From Convolutriloba macropyga (Eukaryota): a stretch of 64,000 bases of DNA. Positions 37,874 to 49,792 of the stretch are shown piece after piece. A program made the translations under genes and the position numbers. Each line of letters opens with the position of its first letter. Position 1 is the stretch's first letter. The notes beneath the pieces are model-generated. The model saw nothing but the letters and a program-made list of their open reading frames with translations, was not told the DNA's origin and did no database searches. The stretch lies in contig NC_134474.1 of the NCBI RefSeq assembly GCF_964194025.1, positions 62,434,001-62,498,000 on the forward strand, given 5' to 3'.

Positions 37874-39541
37874 GAACAGTTTGCTCGGTAGTTTTCTTAA
37901 TTTATTATTTGCGATTGCTCACGGTGATCAAAGATTTGGACTCAATGTGTAAACAAGTATGAACGGATGAGGATCCGTACACAGTAATTTTTTACACGAG
38001 ATATAAATTTATCTAAATTTTGCGGGATCTAAATTGGGTTCTCATTTGCAAGTGTCAGCAGTTCAATACTAGAAGCCAGATGAAAAGTGCTTTAAAATTT
38101 CTATATATAATTTTTACTTTTAATTTAATTAGTTGCTATAGTGGTATTTAATAAACTCTACTGACGTCATGTGAAGTCCCTTTAATTATTTAGTTACTCC
38201 CCACGACTGAAAGAGGCTGCAATAGATTCTAGCTACCACTAGTGGTTCGAGAACATTTCTTCCGACGTCAGTCGTTTCTGTTTTGACATTCGTCTTTTTT
38301 GGAGAGTTCTGCTAACTTTACTTCCAAGGCGGATGATTTACTGCTTCTAAAGAAAGGTTTCGACAAATATGCCAAGCTAATTGCTTAGTTTACGTCGAAC
38401 GTGTTTTTAATATTGGAAAGATGTGAATAAGTATGAATAAATTGAACAGAACTTGAATGCTGACTTCTTGAATGAAAAACGGGTCAACTTGGAGATGTAT
38501 CTCAGATAGTTTTGTTTTTAATTTTAAGCTAAATGTCAGTCTTAGTAAAAAGTGTGAATAAGTTACAAGCGTACGAGATTGCTTGAGCCAATTTTGTTGC
38601 ATCTTCTTTTGTTTAGGACTTGACAATTGACATATCTACTCTTTTGTTCGACTATAGGCTATCTTTGCTCGGAAACAAAAATCACATGCATCTGTCTGTA
38701 AACTGCGGGCAAATTTATGAACGATTGTGGCGAGAATTGCCAGTGTTTCAACCCAGAAATAGAAAAAAACGAGTTGTGATGCTGTTTTTCAGCTTTTTGG
38801 GTCGATGTGATTGCCATCAGTCGCAGGCAAAGCGTTGGTTTTCAAGCAACTGTTTTCCAACAAAAACGGACCATGTTGTTTTTTTGGTTACTCTTATCTG
38901 TTACCCATAATAGTACAACCTTTGTATTAAGTAAAAACCGAACGGGCTCGCTAATGTTAATTTGTAACCTGGAAACTATCAGCTGGATTTAGAGTTAATA
39001 TTATTATGATAAAGTAAATTTAGATCTGCAAATATTGTGATCGGTCGTAGGCATCTAATCCTTTGATGAAAAATCTGAACGCAAACAGTCGCGTGGAAAA
39101 AATAGGTGTTTAGCAGGACTTCGAAATCAAATGGTGTTAAACTGGCTACCAAGTTAACGTTGTCACCAATATGATAATTTTAAAAGAAAAATCGAATGCC
39201 TCTTGTTTTTATTGAGAAGTGAATTTAACTTTTTACAGCATAAGAAAATTGAACAATTGAGTCTTTGATTTACAAGATTTCTTGTAAGAGTTGTTTCCAG
39301 CTGAACTGCTCATTATGCTATTACTTGATGCGATAGGTTTGATCTTAAATTTTTAATTTTCATTTTTATCATTAATTTTGGACATAAAATTATCCTGACT
39401 TGGAAATGTTTGCTAAGTATGTTGATATTAAGATAGTTTCTGTTCTGTATTTGTCTACCTGTAAAAAGTCATTTTTGAAATATTTGATTAGTAGCCGCCC
39501 TCATCTTCTCAGCCGGCTATTATAGCGCTCCTATTTTTTTT

Positions 39542-41708
39542 TACAATTCAAAGAAGTTGTTTTGGGGCGCTGTCTTTTTTTACGACTCGAAGAGGATTAT
39601 TGGAGAAGTCCTTTTTTTTTAATCAATTTTATTGGAGTGATTTTCAAAGCGGGAAATGAAACGCGTGAAAAAATTTGGAGCGGTTTTTGTGCTGAGCAAA
39701 ATTGAAGAGTGGAGCGAAAAGAGAGTGGTTTTTGTTCATACCGCTGTTTTTGAGAGAGCGATAAATTGATGTGTGAAAAAATTTTCTCTAAGCGAGCGAA
39801 ATTTTTTTGTTCACATGCGGCTTTTTAAAACCGTTTTTTTTTGTTTTTTTTTGGTTTAGAGGTCTGATTATGATATTGTGTGATGCTTAGGGTTGTTTTA
39901 AAAGTGGTTCGCAAGTTTTTGGTCATTAATAAGATTTTTATACCATTTTGCTGGTTTTTCAGCTATTTTGCTGAATTTTAGGCGAATTTTACAGTTTTTT
40001 GCGTTTTGTTTTGTTATAATGCTTTGTAATGGCTTTCAATAGACGCATGTTAGTAACTGAGTTTTTAGATACCAAGTGATTACATTGTCTTAGGTTGGAA
40101 ACGATTTTTTTGTTTAGAAAAATGACAACAAACTGAAAAATTTTGAATTATTTTTCTTAATTTTTTGCTGTTTTTCGTTTTTTTTCTAAACTTAGAAAAA
40201 TTTTTGAGCCTATTCGACTTTCCTATTGTTTTCGAAGTCTTCCAGTACTATTTCGCTCCAAATAACGTTTTTTGGGTCTATGTGCTCCCGTGAAATTAAA
40301 AAAAAGCTCAATTTTTTCTATGATTTTTTTTTCAATTTTTTTTAAATGCCCTTTGTGTTCTTCAATTTTTTATTGCATTTGGGGATGCCTATAGTCCAAA
40401 TTAGTTGTCCTTGATGCGTGTTGATGATTTTGATTTCAGTTCTGAATCATTTTGTTAAAGATAATTGAGTAACATTTATGAAGAGTTCTGCAAATTTTCG
40501 TGTTTTTTTTTTGGAATTTTTGCCGAGTTCTTCTGATTGTCTGCTTTTAGCTAGTTTCTAGTGGTCTAGTTTTTGATAGGAGCTTTTCTAGAGGTTTTGT
40601 TGAAATATATTTAGTGCACTTTTCAATGACAAATATCACTAACTTTTCTTAAACACTAACTTTTTTCTATTTTTTTCGTTCTTCGTTTTACTCATATAAA
40701 TATACAATGGTTTGGATTGGTGGACACTTGACCAGATGTAGTATTAAAAGTTTTTTGAAATAATGATTTGATTTTAGCATAATGGTATTTGATTCATTAT
40801 TTGTGGCCAATTTTTTTTGTTTTTTTTACAGAAATAATTTTTGGTTTTGTTTTTTATTTCCTTTCTTTTACCTTCGTTTATTCTACTTGAAATTTGTGTT
40901 TGGTTTTTGTCTCAAATAGCAGTGATTCAACAAAATTAAACTAGACCTATTTCACGGGTTTTCGCCAAAAGTTGTTTTTAAACTTGCAACTCAATGTAAA
41001 ATTTTTATCACGTGCTTTATCGTCTTTTCTGGGCAGTTATTTTTTCATTGTTCTTTTTCTTTTTTTTGTTTTCAAGTGACAAGTGTTATTCAGTAGGATA
41101 AGCATTATGTTAGTTATTGTGTTCAATCAGTAGAATAAGTTTTATGTTTGTAAGGGGCGTTCGTTTTTTCCTTCGAGTCGCTTCCGGAATTCTTCCGGCT
41201 ATGTTTTTTTTTAAGATCTGTTCACACATTTTCATTATTTTTGAAGTCAAATTGGAGTGGTGATTTTGGTCACGCCGAAACAGGAAATAGAGCGAAAAAG
41301 CGAGTGGTTTTGCGGCGTGAATTTTTTTCGCTCTAATTTTAAAGTATAGTGAGGAAATTGTGTTTGAACAAAAATTCGATTTCTCGGTAGTGGTTTTTTG
41401 TTCACATGCGGCAATTCCACTCTGATTTTTACTGTTTTTTCGATTTTTTGGATCGGATTTATTTCTAAATGGTTTTCCCAATCCATTCATAGTTCATTCT
41501 AGGCCTATTTTTTGTTTGAATTGAATTTTCATTTCTCGCTAGTGGTTTTTTGTTCACATGCGGCATTTTGACATTGATTTTCTGTTTTTTATCTGATTTT
41601 TTTTTAAAAATGGTTTTCTCAATTCACTCATAGTCCATTCTTGGTCTAGTTTTTCTGTTTAGTCAATGAAAATTCTTTGAATTGTACGTCAGGACTTGTC
41701 CTGCTATG
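39542..41708 (+). mobile_element. Helentron-like family B element nested in the T-run of family A
   Basis: subTIR TACAATTCAAAGAA (39542) pairs with TTCTTTGAATTGTA (41673-41686), followed by hairpin CAGGAC-TT-GTCCTG, CTATG and a T-run. Confidence 0.8.
39582..41203 (+). mobile_element. Helentron-like family C element nested in the T-run of family B
   Basis: subTIR CGACTCGAAG pairs with CTTCGAGTCG (41171-41180), followed by hairpin CCGGAA-TTC-TTCCGG, CTATG and a T-run. Confidence 0.8.
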
Positions 41709-43821
41709 TTTTTTTACTTCGTCGATTAAAAAAAAATGTTTCGCTTTACCTCATTTTGCCGCTTTTTCAACATTTTGCGTGATATCTTTTTGACTTCTCT
41801 AGGCTAGTTTCTCTCTTCTCTCATTCTGCTAAAAGTGATTTTGAACATCAGTTGCTCAGCAAAGCAATTCAAAATGAACAGAGTCAGTATAAAAAATTGA
41901 AGTCAGAAGTAGAAACGGGATAAACCCATAAAGCCCAATTTTAGATGCCCGCTATTTGAACGTCGTTCCTATAAGTCTTAGTTACCATCTCTAATGCTTA
42001 TTGGTATTGATAGAACTCAAATGTTACATAATTCTTGCAGAACAAAATTACATTAACCCGATACAAAACTCAATAAAAACCAGCCTAAACTAATTTAAAT
42101 GGGTTGAAAGAATAGATTTATCTGTGCTGTCATTTTCAATTTCAGCACTTTAATCAGTGCTGTCATTTTTAATCTGAGCAATCTACTGTTTTTTCGGTTG
42201 TTTTCCAAGACGTGGAGTGCGCTTTTGAGTAAAAATTTTTGTGGTCATATACAAAATGTTAAATGAAGTTTGAGGAAAGTTTCAAATGATCTTGATAAAT
42301 TGATCAATTTTTGTAAAAACTGATTTTCAATCCTTTTTGACTGCCATGTTATTTTTAATGAAATTTAGTTTTGGTTCCATTTTTGAACTTTTGACGAGTT
42401 CTTTGTTTATATGACATGTAAGCGTGGCATCTAAAAATTACTGCGAGTGAAAAAAAAATTCTCCAAAAAAATTTTCCAAAAGTCATGTGCGCTATCAAGC
42501 GCCTATTGGACATCAAGATCTTAGAGAAATTTTTTTCTATCCATTCAAAATTTCTGCTGAGTTTTAAAATTGAACTAAACAAGTAATGTTTCAATGCGCA
42601 TATAAGTCTTTGCTTCACGTGTCTTATTTTGTTCGTAATCAATAAAGCTATAAAAAATGTTTTCAGCGTAGAGGTGTTTTCTTAATTCATAATCAATAAA
42701 ATTGCAATAAATGTTTTCAGCGCAAATTATTTCTCCTCTTAAATTTTCTGGGTAGTCTTCTCTGCTGGAAACAAAACTATACAAATTACTGATACATTTA
42801 GTACTCCATTTTATAGTACATTTTTTCTTTGGGGCATGTTTGAATACAAATGAGCTCAATTATAATTCTAATGCATTTTTTCCCTCTATTTAAACTCAAG
42901 AGTTTTTTTTGATGTGCAAAATTGTTTCGAAACTTTTCCTTTGTTTGAACGTTTTCTGCTATTGAATTTAGGAAATAAATTAAAATTTCATACTTAGATT
43001 TGATATCTTTTTTCCTGAAAACAGTGATCAACATTATATTTTAGCGTTCAATTTTTTGAACTTTTTGCTACTCAAAACTTTCCCAATTAATTGAAGTTAT
43101 GTTTTTATATATGTTTATGTTTGAAAATCATATCACCAGAAGATACTTTAAGTGATTTGTATCGGCTTCACACTCTGTACGAATAAAAAAAAACTATTTT
43201 TTGTTTCAAAAATGTTTGACTTAATTTTTTGCGAGACTTTTTTTTCTGTAGCTACGATTAATTTAGACACGTTTCATACTGAAAAGTACTGTAGTTCAGA
43301 CAACAGCTTTTTGTCAGGTTGAAGATCATGTTCAGACCGTTTCGTTTTTACAGGATAAGAATTTCTTGGTTTAGATCGCTATTCGTCAGATTTTTGGATC
43401 ACTGTTACTATTTAGTAATCAATTGAGTTACTGCAAATTATCCTTCAGATCTTGTGTAAGTAATGAGATGGCAGAAATGGGATCCGATGAAATAAATTAC
43501 CAGACGTGAAACCTTGTAAGGGAAAATTTTTTCTCATTTAACTGTAGAATTGGATATCTGATTAGTCAAATATTAAATATAAAGTCGAAAAGGAAAAAAA
43601 AGTACAAACATCATGTAGCTTTGTGATCTTTTGTTTGGAGTTGTTGTTACAAACTTCAAACATTTTACAGCTCAACTAATCAGGCAGCATGGTTATTGAA
43701 ATAAAACTGCTAGCTATTGGTTTGCCTTCGATTCCTTATTTACAACCAAATTTATATTTAAAAAAATAATAAAACAATTTAAATAAAGAATGTTAACAAC
43801 AGACACTTTTTCGCATTTCAG

Positions 43822-44001
43822 CTGTTCAAAAAACTCCAGAGGAAACAGCAACAGCAATCGAAGAACTCGAAGTCACAGAAAGGTCAGGGAGGAAGTGTAG
43901 ACACTACTACGAGAGAAAAAGATGGGGGTGAAATGTCGACAATTGATGATATTCCTATCCACTGTCTAGATATCACTTTCCGACAGCAAGAGTTTAACAG
44001 G
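43822..44001 (+). CDS. DCDC1: DCDC1-like internal exon (LFKKLQRKQQQQ...IPIHCLDITFRQQEFNR)
   Basis: catttcag| acceptor and AGG|gtaag donor; 180 nt open and in phase with the DCX exon that follows. Confidence 0.7.
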
Positions 44002-44938
44002 GTAAGAATGAAAAATACAAATGTATAATTCATACCCGTTAAGAATGATTGATGTAAAATATGCGTTGCCTACGTGTTATTGGTATTACGAATCGGCGAG
44101 ACACAATTTTCAGATTTTAAGCAAAATGTTGTCACAATGCTCGAAATTAGCTGATAGATAAGTTGATGGATAAGTTAGGATGATCAATGATGGTCAAGAT
44201 GAGTATAAAAATCGTTATTTTTGGCAATGATAATTTTGTAGATTGAACTGTTTGTTCTTAATGATGCTATTTTTCCATTTAACTATGAAGATTTGTATAT
44301 TGCGTTGCGTGACAACTAAATGTCTTTGTAGTTAAACTGAGAATATGGCGGTTGATAGCCAACAGTTCAACCTGTAAACATAAATGGCTTACAATGAACA
44401 AAATATTCATACGCATCTTGTCAATGTATCATCTTTTTTAAATCCATGATTCAATTTTACAGGGCGAATTGTTTGTTTTTAACTCAGCTAAATTTTTCTT
44501 TAACAATGATGACAGTTATACAAGAAAAATATATATCTTCATACTATTAAATGGAAAATTAGCCGAGTTAAACAATTGATTAATAATTTTGACAAAAAGA
44601 TAATTTTAAACGCATCCTGGCTATTAACAATCTTCCAACTCTTTTATTCCTTCTAAGAAATTCACAAAGATTTGATCTACCCTACAACCATTAGAATTTT
44701 AAGCGAATTTTAAACCTCGACGTTTCAAAATCTCCCGGCTTCTGCATTTATGTTTAATTACTCTCAAACAAATTTTGTAGCAATTGCATTAGTCCTGTCG
44801 GTCTTACTTGTTTATGCGATTTTTCGTTCTACCGACTTTTCGTCTAATATTTTTTTGTCTGACCATATGCACCCATTTTTCTCCCCCCCCCCCCCCCAAT
44901 CTCCTTTAGGCTTGAATTTGAAACCGCTAACTTTTCAG

Positions 44939-45215
44939 TTTCTGGACAATTGCACAGCCAGTCTGCGCTTGAGCTCGGCAGCCAGACGTCTGTTCGTGTC
45001 GCCCTCTGGTAAAGAACTCTTCTCACTCGCCGGACTCGAGCGCGACCAGGTAGTATACGTTTCAACCGGGGACCACTTTTTGCCCCCTGACCAGCTTGAC
45101 AATCAAGTAGATGGCACTAATGAGCAATCGGGTGATTCTGGAGGGAGTTTCGTCGCTAGACTGGCAGGTGACGTCAGAGCTATTGAACAGATGCACACTA
45201 TGACAGCTTTTCATG
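44939..45215 (+). CDS. DCDC1: DCDC1-like exon, doublecortin domain (FLDNCTASLRLSSAARRLFVSPSGKELFSLAGLERDQVVYVSTGDHFLPP)
   Basis: Resembles human DCDC1 CTEILNLPSAARRLFNEKGKELFALKDLQRDELVYVSCGE (recalled); ttttcag| and G|gtaag splice sites. Confidence 0.88.
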
Positions 45216-45617
45216 GTAAGATCTGGAACTTAGAAATCGCCTCCTATATATTTTATACTATGAAACCATAGAGAATTGTACCATTGCTTCAGAATACAAA
45301 AGATTTTGCTTTTTTCTTAGTTTTGATATTTTATGATTTAAAAAAACTGTTTTTCAGTGTCGATTTTTAGCTTCATTTCTAGTTCTCACGTTTTAAAAAT
45401 ACATGAAAGTTTTTGAATTGAAAACTTTGAATAGAAAACCTTAAGATTAAGCAAACCCAATAACCAGAACCAGGTACCACTGAAGCGCAGCCTAGATCTG
45501 GTCGTGGGCTATAATATAAACGGTGTTAGGACCCCCCCCCCCCCCCCCCCGTTCAAGACGACGCCTTTAGAGGGTAGTCGGTGGAGTGTTGCCCACCAAA
45601 TTGCAGTTTCCTTTCAG

Positions 45618-45789
45618 GTCTGTGCATGGAGGTTGAAGCCTCTCCTCGAGGTGGGTTGCAGCCGGGTGCACTTGTGAAAGTGGGCATTTGTACCCTGAGT
45701 GGAGAGGACAGAGCTCTCATCGGCAGGACACCCACCCCTCCACCCACTCCTGCACCTGAACCCACAGAGGAAGAAATGCTCGCTACAAG
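45618..45789 (+). CDS. DCDC1: DCDC1-like exon (GLCMEVEASPRGGLQPGALVKVGIC...PTPPPTPAPEPTEEE)
   Basis: ctttcag| and AG|gtttg; phase 1 to 2 is consistent. Confidence 0.8.
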
Positions 45790-46154
45790 GTTTGCTTCAT
45801 TTTAAAGATTTTTTAACACGGACACCTTAAAGACGTCCGTGGTAAAATAAATTTTCCGAAACCCGGTCGAAAATACCCAATAGCTAATATTGCTACTGAA
45901 TAATCTAACATACCGAATGCTTTTACTCTTAACATGTGGTCATAATTACGTTCTTCGCAAAATGCCCAGTCCGGGTTACAACCTCCCCCCCCCCCTCTCT
46001 CCCAACGCATTAATTATTTTGACGTTCCGTTTCATTAGCATAAAATTTATCTATGGATTGTTTAAAATTTAATAATTTGAAAAAGCCAATTATGTGACTT
46101 TGAAAACTTATTTGTGTAAATATGCAGTAGTTTCAATGTTTGTGTTGTGTCCAG

Positions 46155-46304
46155 AGACAGCCACTTCCGTTCCCACTGGCACAGTAGAAAGAGGCACCAG
46201 TCTAAGGAGGAGCAGAGAGTACCCTGGATGACACACTGTAAAGAGTGCCACAACACCAAACAGTGCCAACTGCACGACTTTGAAAAACCACCTCCACCAC
46301 CCCA
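46155..46304 (+). CDS. DCDC1: DCDC1-like exon (DSHFRSHWHSRKRH...VPWMTHCKECHNTKQCQLHDFEKPPPP)
   Basis: gtccag| and |gtaagt; phase 2-2; DSHFRSH resembles human DSHVRAH. Confidence 0.8.
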
Positions 46305-46591
46305 GTAAGTGGGTCTGCTGGAGTTGTTTCTTACGCCGGAATATGATCTACCATCTTCAATTCATATTCTACGCTTTTATATGCGTTTAGGATTGTAAAA
46401 GCTTTAGAGTTAACATCTATTGATTGTTTTTTGATAAATCTGATTGGTCAAAATATTAAAAATTTGTTGACCAATACAGTTGCTGTAAGTCGGATTGTAG
46501 GCTTAAAGTCTCATGTTTTGGTTGTCGGCCAATTCGGCAATCGCCCAAATGGAGTACTTCGGTGGTTTCCTATTCTTTGCTTAAAACACAG

Positions 46592-46796
46592 GAAAGACTC
46601 GAAGGAAGAGATACCCGAGAATCACAGTGCAGACTACTGGAAGCAGAGTTTCCTTGTTGTTGACAATGAGCATATTGTGTGTAAATTTGATCCCAAACTG
46701 GCTCTTTCTGTCAATGAGTTTGGCAGACTGTGTCTGGACATTTTGGATCCTGTCGATCCGAGACAGAAGTGGCAGTTCATGAGAGATGGACAATTG
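46592..46796 (+). CDS. DCDC1: DCDC1-like exon, ricin-B beta-trefoil (WKQSFLVVDNEHIVCKFDPKLALSV...DPRQKWQFMRDGQL)
   Basis: QxW motif; acacag| and |gttag splice sites; phase 2 to 0. Confidence 0.82.
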
Positions 46797-46979
46797 GTTA
46801 GTGCCAATTAGCCTAAGATTGACAACTTGGTATGTGCATGCTTTGTTTGAACAAATCAGACTGAATTACTATTTCACGACTTCGATGTGTTCTGATGATG
46901 TAGTGTTACCAAGTCAATGATATTCTCGTTCAAGAGAATTATGTTACTATTTATATAATTTGGGGACATCGTGGTTTCT

Positions 46980-48863
46980 TACAATTCAAAGAATTTGAAT
47001 TGTATTGGGGCGCTGTCTTTTTTACGACTCGAAGAGGAGTATTGGACAAGTCCTTTTTCTAATCAATTTTATTGGAGTGATTTTTGAAGCGGGAAATGAA
47101 ACGCGTGCAAAAATTTGGAGTGATTTTGGCTCTGATCAAATGTGAAGAGCGGAGCGAAAAGAGAGTGGTTTTTGTTCATACCGCTGTTTTCGAGAAATTG
47201 ATGTGTGAAAAAATTTTCTCTAAGCGAGCGAAATTTTTTTGTTCACGTGCGGCATTTTAAAGCTGTTTTTTTTTATTTATTTTGGTTAAGAGGTTTGGTT
47301 ATGATTTTGTTTTAATTTTAGGCTGGTTTCGGTAGTGGTTTGAAGGTTTCTGGAAATTAATATGAATTTTTTGATAATTCGGAGGTTTTCAATGTAATTT
47401 GCTGATTTTCGGGCTAATTTTTGCGTTTTTTGACGATTATTTTGTTTTATTGGCTCAAATGGGTATTGAAGAAACCCCTTCTACTTGAGCAATTTTATGA
47501 TAACAATTGATTAGAGTTTTGTGGGTAAGAATCATTTTTTTGTTGAGAAATATGACAAAAAAAATGGCGAAAATTGGAACTATTTTTCTTAATTTTTTGC
47601 AGTTTTTCGCTTTTTTCTGTTTTTAGCTAAGTTTCTTTGCCTATTATGACTTGCCTATTGTTTTGAGAGCATCTGGATACCCTATAAGTTGAAGGAAATT
47701 TTTCTTTGGATTTATATGTTTTTGAAATATTAAAAAGAGAAGTAGCTTTTTCCAGTTTTTCAGTGAAAGTTGTTTGTAAGAGCTTTTTTTCATAAATTTA
47801 GCCAAAAGTATTTTTTTCAAAATTCACATAAGTGGTTTTTGTAAGTACTAGTTGTTTTGATGAAGTTATTTTAGCAGAAATAGTTTTTTTGGGATCTCAA
47901 TTTATAACAAAATTTGATCAGATTTCTTATCATATTTTAACAGATTTGATTTTATTGTTTTTACTTTTTTGTTTCATGACTTTGTTTCAAGATAATCATA
48001 AATTAATAAAGGCACGTTTTGTTTGATGAGTAGTTGGATGGCGCTCAAATGGATTTTTACTTTGAGTCGTTTCCGGAATTCTTCCGACTATGTTTTTTTA
48101 AGATCTGTTCACAGATTTTCATGATTTTTGAAGTCAAATTGGAGTGGTGATTTTGGTCACGCCGAAACAGGAAATGGAGCGAAAAAGCGAGTGGTTTTGC
48201 GGCGTGAATTTTTTCCGCTCCAAATTTAAAGTAGAGTGAGAAAACGGTGTTTGAACAAAAATTGGCTTTCTCGCTAGTGGTTTTTTGTTCACATGCGGCA
48301 ATTTCACTTTGATTTTTACAATTTTTTGGATTTTTTGGATCGGATTTTTTTTTCTAAATGCTTTTTCCAATCCATTCATAGTCCGTTCTTGGTCTAGTTT
48401 TCTGTTTAGTCAATGAAAACTGGAATTGACTTCTTGGAATCGACTTCTTGGAATTGACTTTTTCACTAACTTCTATTGCTTTGCAGTTAAAATTTGTGTG
48501 CGTGCTTTTAGGCCAATTGCGTGACTTACCTCACTCAAAAAAATGACTTCTGAACTCACTTATGGAACTTTAAATTTTATGAACATTTTAGTTAAAGATC
48601 AATAGTGTGCATCTAATTAGTGCCAAACTTATACGCCCTAATTCTTGAGTATTAGTTTTAAGTTTTTGTTTTCGAATATCAATTGTGAAAAAGCTCTCTG
48701 AGCACTTTTTCCTTATAGACCGTATGTGTCATAAAATTGACAGTCTGAATCTATCCCTAGTGGTCTATTTAAGGACTGGTGGTCGATCTATCTCTTATTT
48801 CTTTGGTTGTTTCAGTTCATGGAAGGCCACAAGCGGCTATTTTCCGGCAATCTGCCGGCTATG
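46980..48863 (+). mobile_element. Second nested Helentron-like composite: family B containing family C (47024-48092), ending in a family A-type 3' end
   Basis: 5' TACAATTCAAAGAATTTGAATTGTA. Family C runs ACGACTCGAAG to tttgagtcgtttccggaattcttccgactatg. Terminal GCGGCTATTTTCCGGCAATCTGCCGGCTATG at 48833-48863. Confidence 0.75.
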
Positions 48864-49246
48864 TTTTAAAATTATGAACTGAAAAGATTTCGATGGATCC
48901 TTCACTCATTTTTACAAAGGAAATTTAAATTAAAATGCTTGAACATATTTCAATACTTAGCCTGATGGTAATTGTTTTTGATCTATACCTCTGATGAGCG
49001 AATCTTGTCTTTTCATCACGTTGCAAATGAAACATTTCCTAATTTTTTGAGTCATTAAGAATCAGTGCCTCTACCATCTAAAGGAGACACTTTGATCCAC
49101 AATACCTGTAATACATGTAAAAAGGCATGTGGAATATGGCGACAAAGGAACGATTTATTGCTCGACTTTCCTTTCGTCGCCCGATTTCACAAAATAGAAA
49201 CGTAGGCCTCTGTGGAATCGGGTGACAAGCTATGTCTATTTTCTAT

Positions 49247-49635
49247 TGTTACAAATTAAATGGCCGAATTTTAGCCAATCAGAATTGGGTATTTATATTC
49301 GAATTTAAAAGCGTATAAAACGTTCCAACATACGTAGAAAGTTCCGAAAAAGTTCATTTAACCTAATTTTAAGTAAATATAACCACTATATGTATCGAAT
49401 AAGCTGGTTTTCGGCTTGATATTTTTAGGTTTTCTAGACAATTGCCGATTGAATACGAACTGATTTCGACGTCAGTGACATCAGACGAAAAAACCTGTTA
49501 AATGAACAACAAAAAATCTTGCCGCCTAAGTTTCACTTGTTGCTTTGTACATTACTAATGTTTAAACGTTGTTGCTATAAAGGAGCTTATATGAATTCAA
49601 ATATCGGACTACAGTTTTCGATTTACTGAGTTACA
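49247..49635 (+). repeat. 5' LTR
   Basis: tgttacaaattaaatggcc...actgagttaca; 13 differences from the 3' LTR by eye (~3%). Confidence 0.97.
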
Positions 49636-49637
49636 TT

Positions 49638-49649
49638 TGGTGCCGCTCC
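49638..49649 (+). promoter_or_regulatory. Primer-binding site, tRNA-His-like
   Basis: TGGTGCCG(CTCC) begins 2 nt after the LTR; TGGTGCCG is complementary to the typical metazoan tRNA-His 3' end CGGCACCA. Confidence 0.55.
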
Positions 49650-49792
49650 TTACAGAACCACCTTTTGTTTGAAAAAAATCCCTTTTAGCCTAATTGCTGT
49701 GATAAACTTATTTAATAGTTGGAGTAATGCTGTAGTTATAGACGGAAAGAAGTTTGTTCTTAATAGCACAATGTAATCGATATGTATAAATA

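Larger units (their letters stand above)
39491..42012 (+). mobile_element. Helentron-like family A element hosting nested family B and C inserts (3' end not found)
   Basis: 39491-39541 plus 41709-42012 are colinear with the uninterrupted copy at 23848-24186. Confidence 0.75.

Noticed and set aside
28410-45550. Scattered poly-C and poly-G runs in introns
   Set aside because: Simple homopolymers with no further evidence of function.
39491-48863. One 9.4-kb Helentron (family A 5' end at 39491, family A 3' end at 48863) capturing five DCDC1 exons
   Set aside because: The next DCDC1 exon (61509-61728) lies outside this span and is in phase, so the exons look resident. Two separate partial elements are the simpler reading, although capture is not formally excluded.
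48991-49035. Hammerhead ribozyme core CTGATGAG...GAAAC
   Set aside because: No stem II closes the core boxes, and stems I and III were not found.
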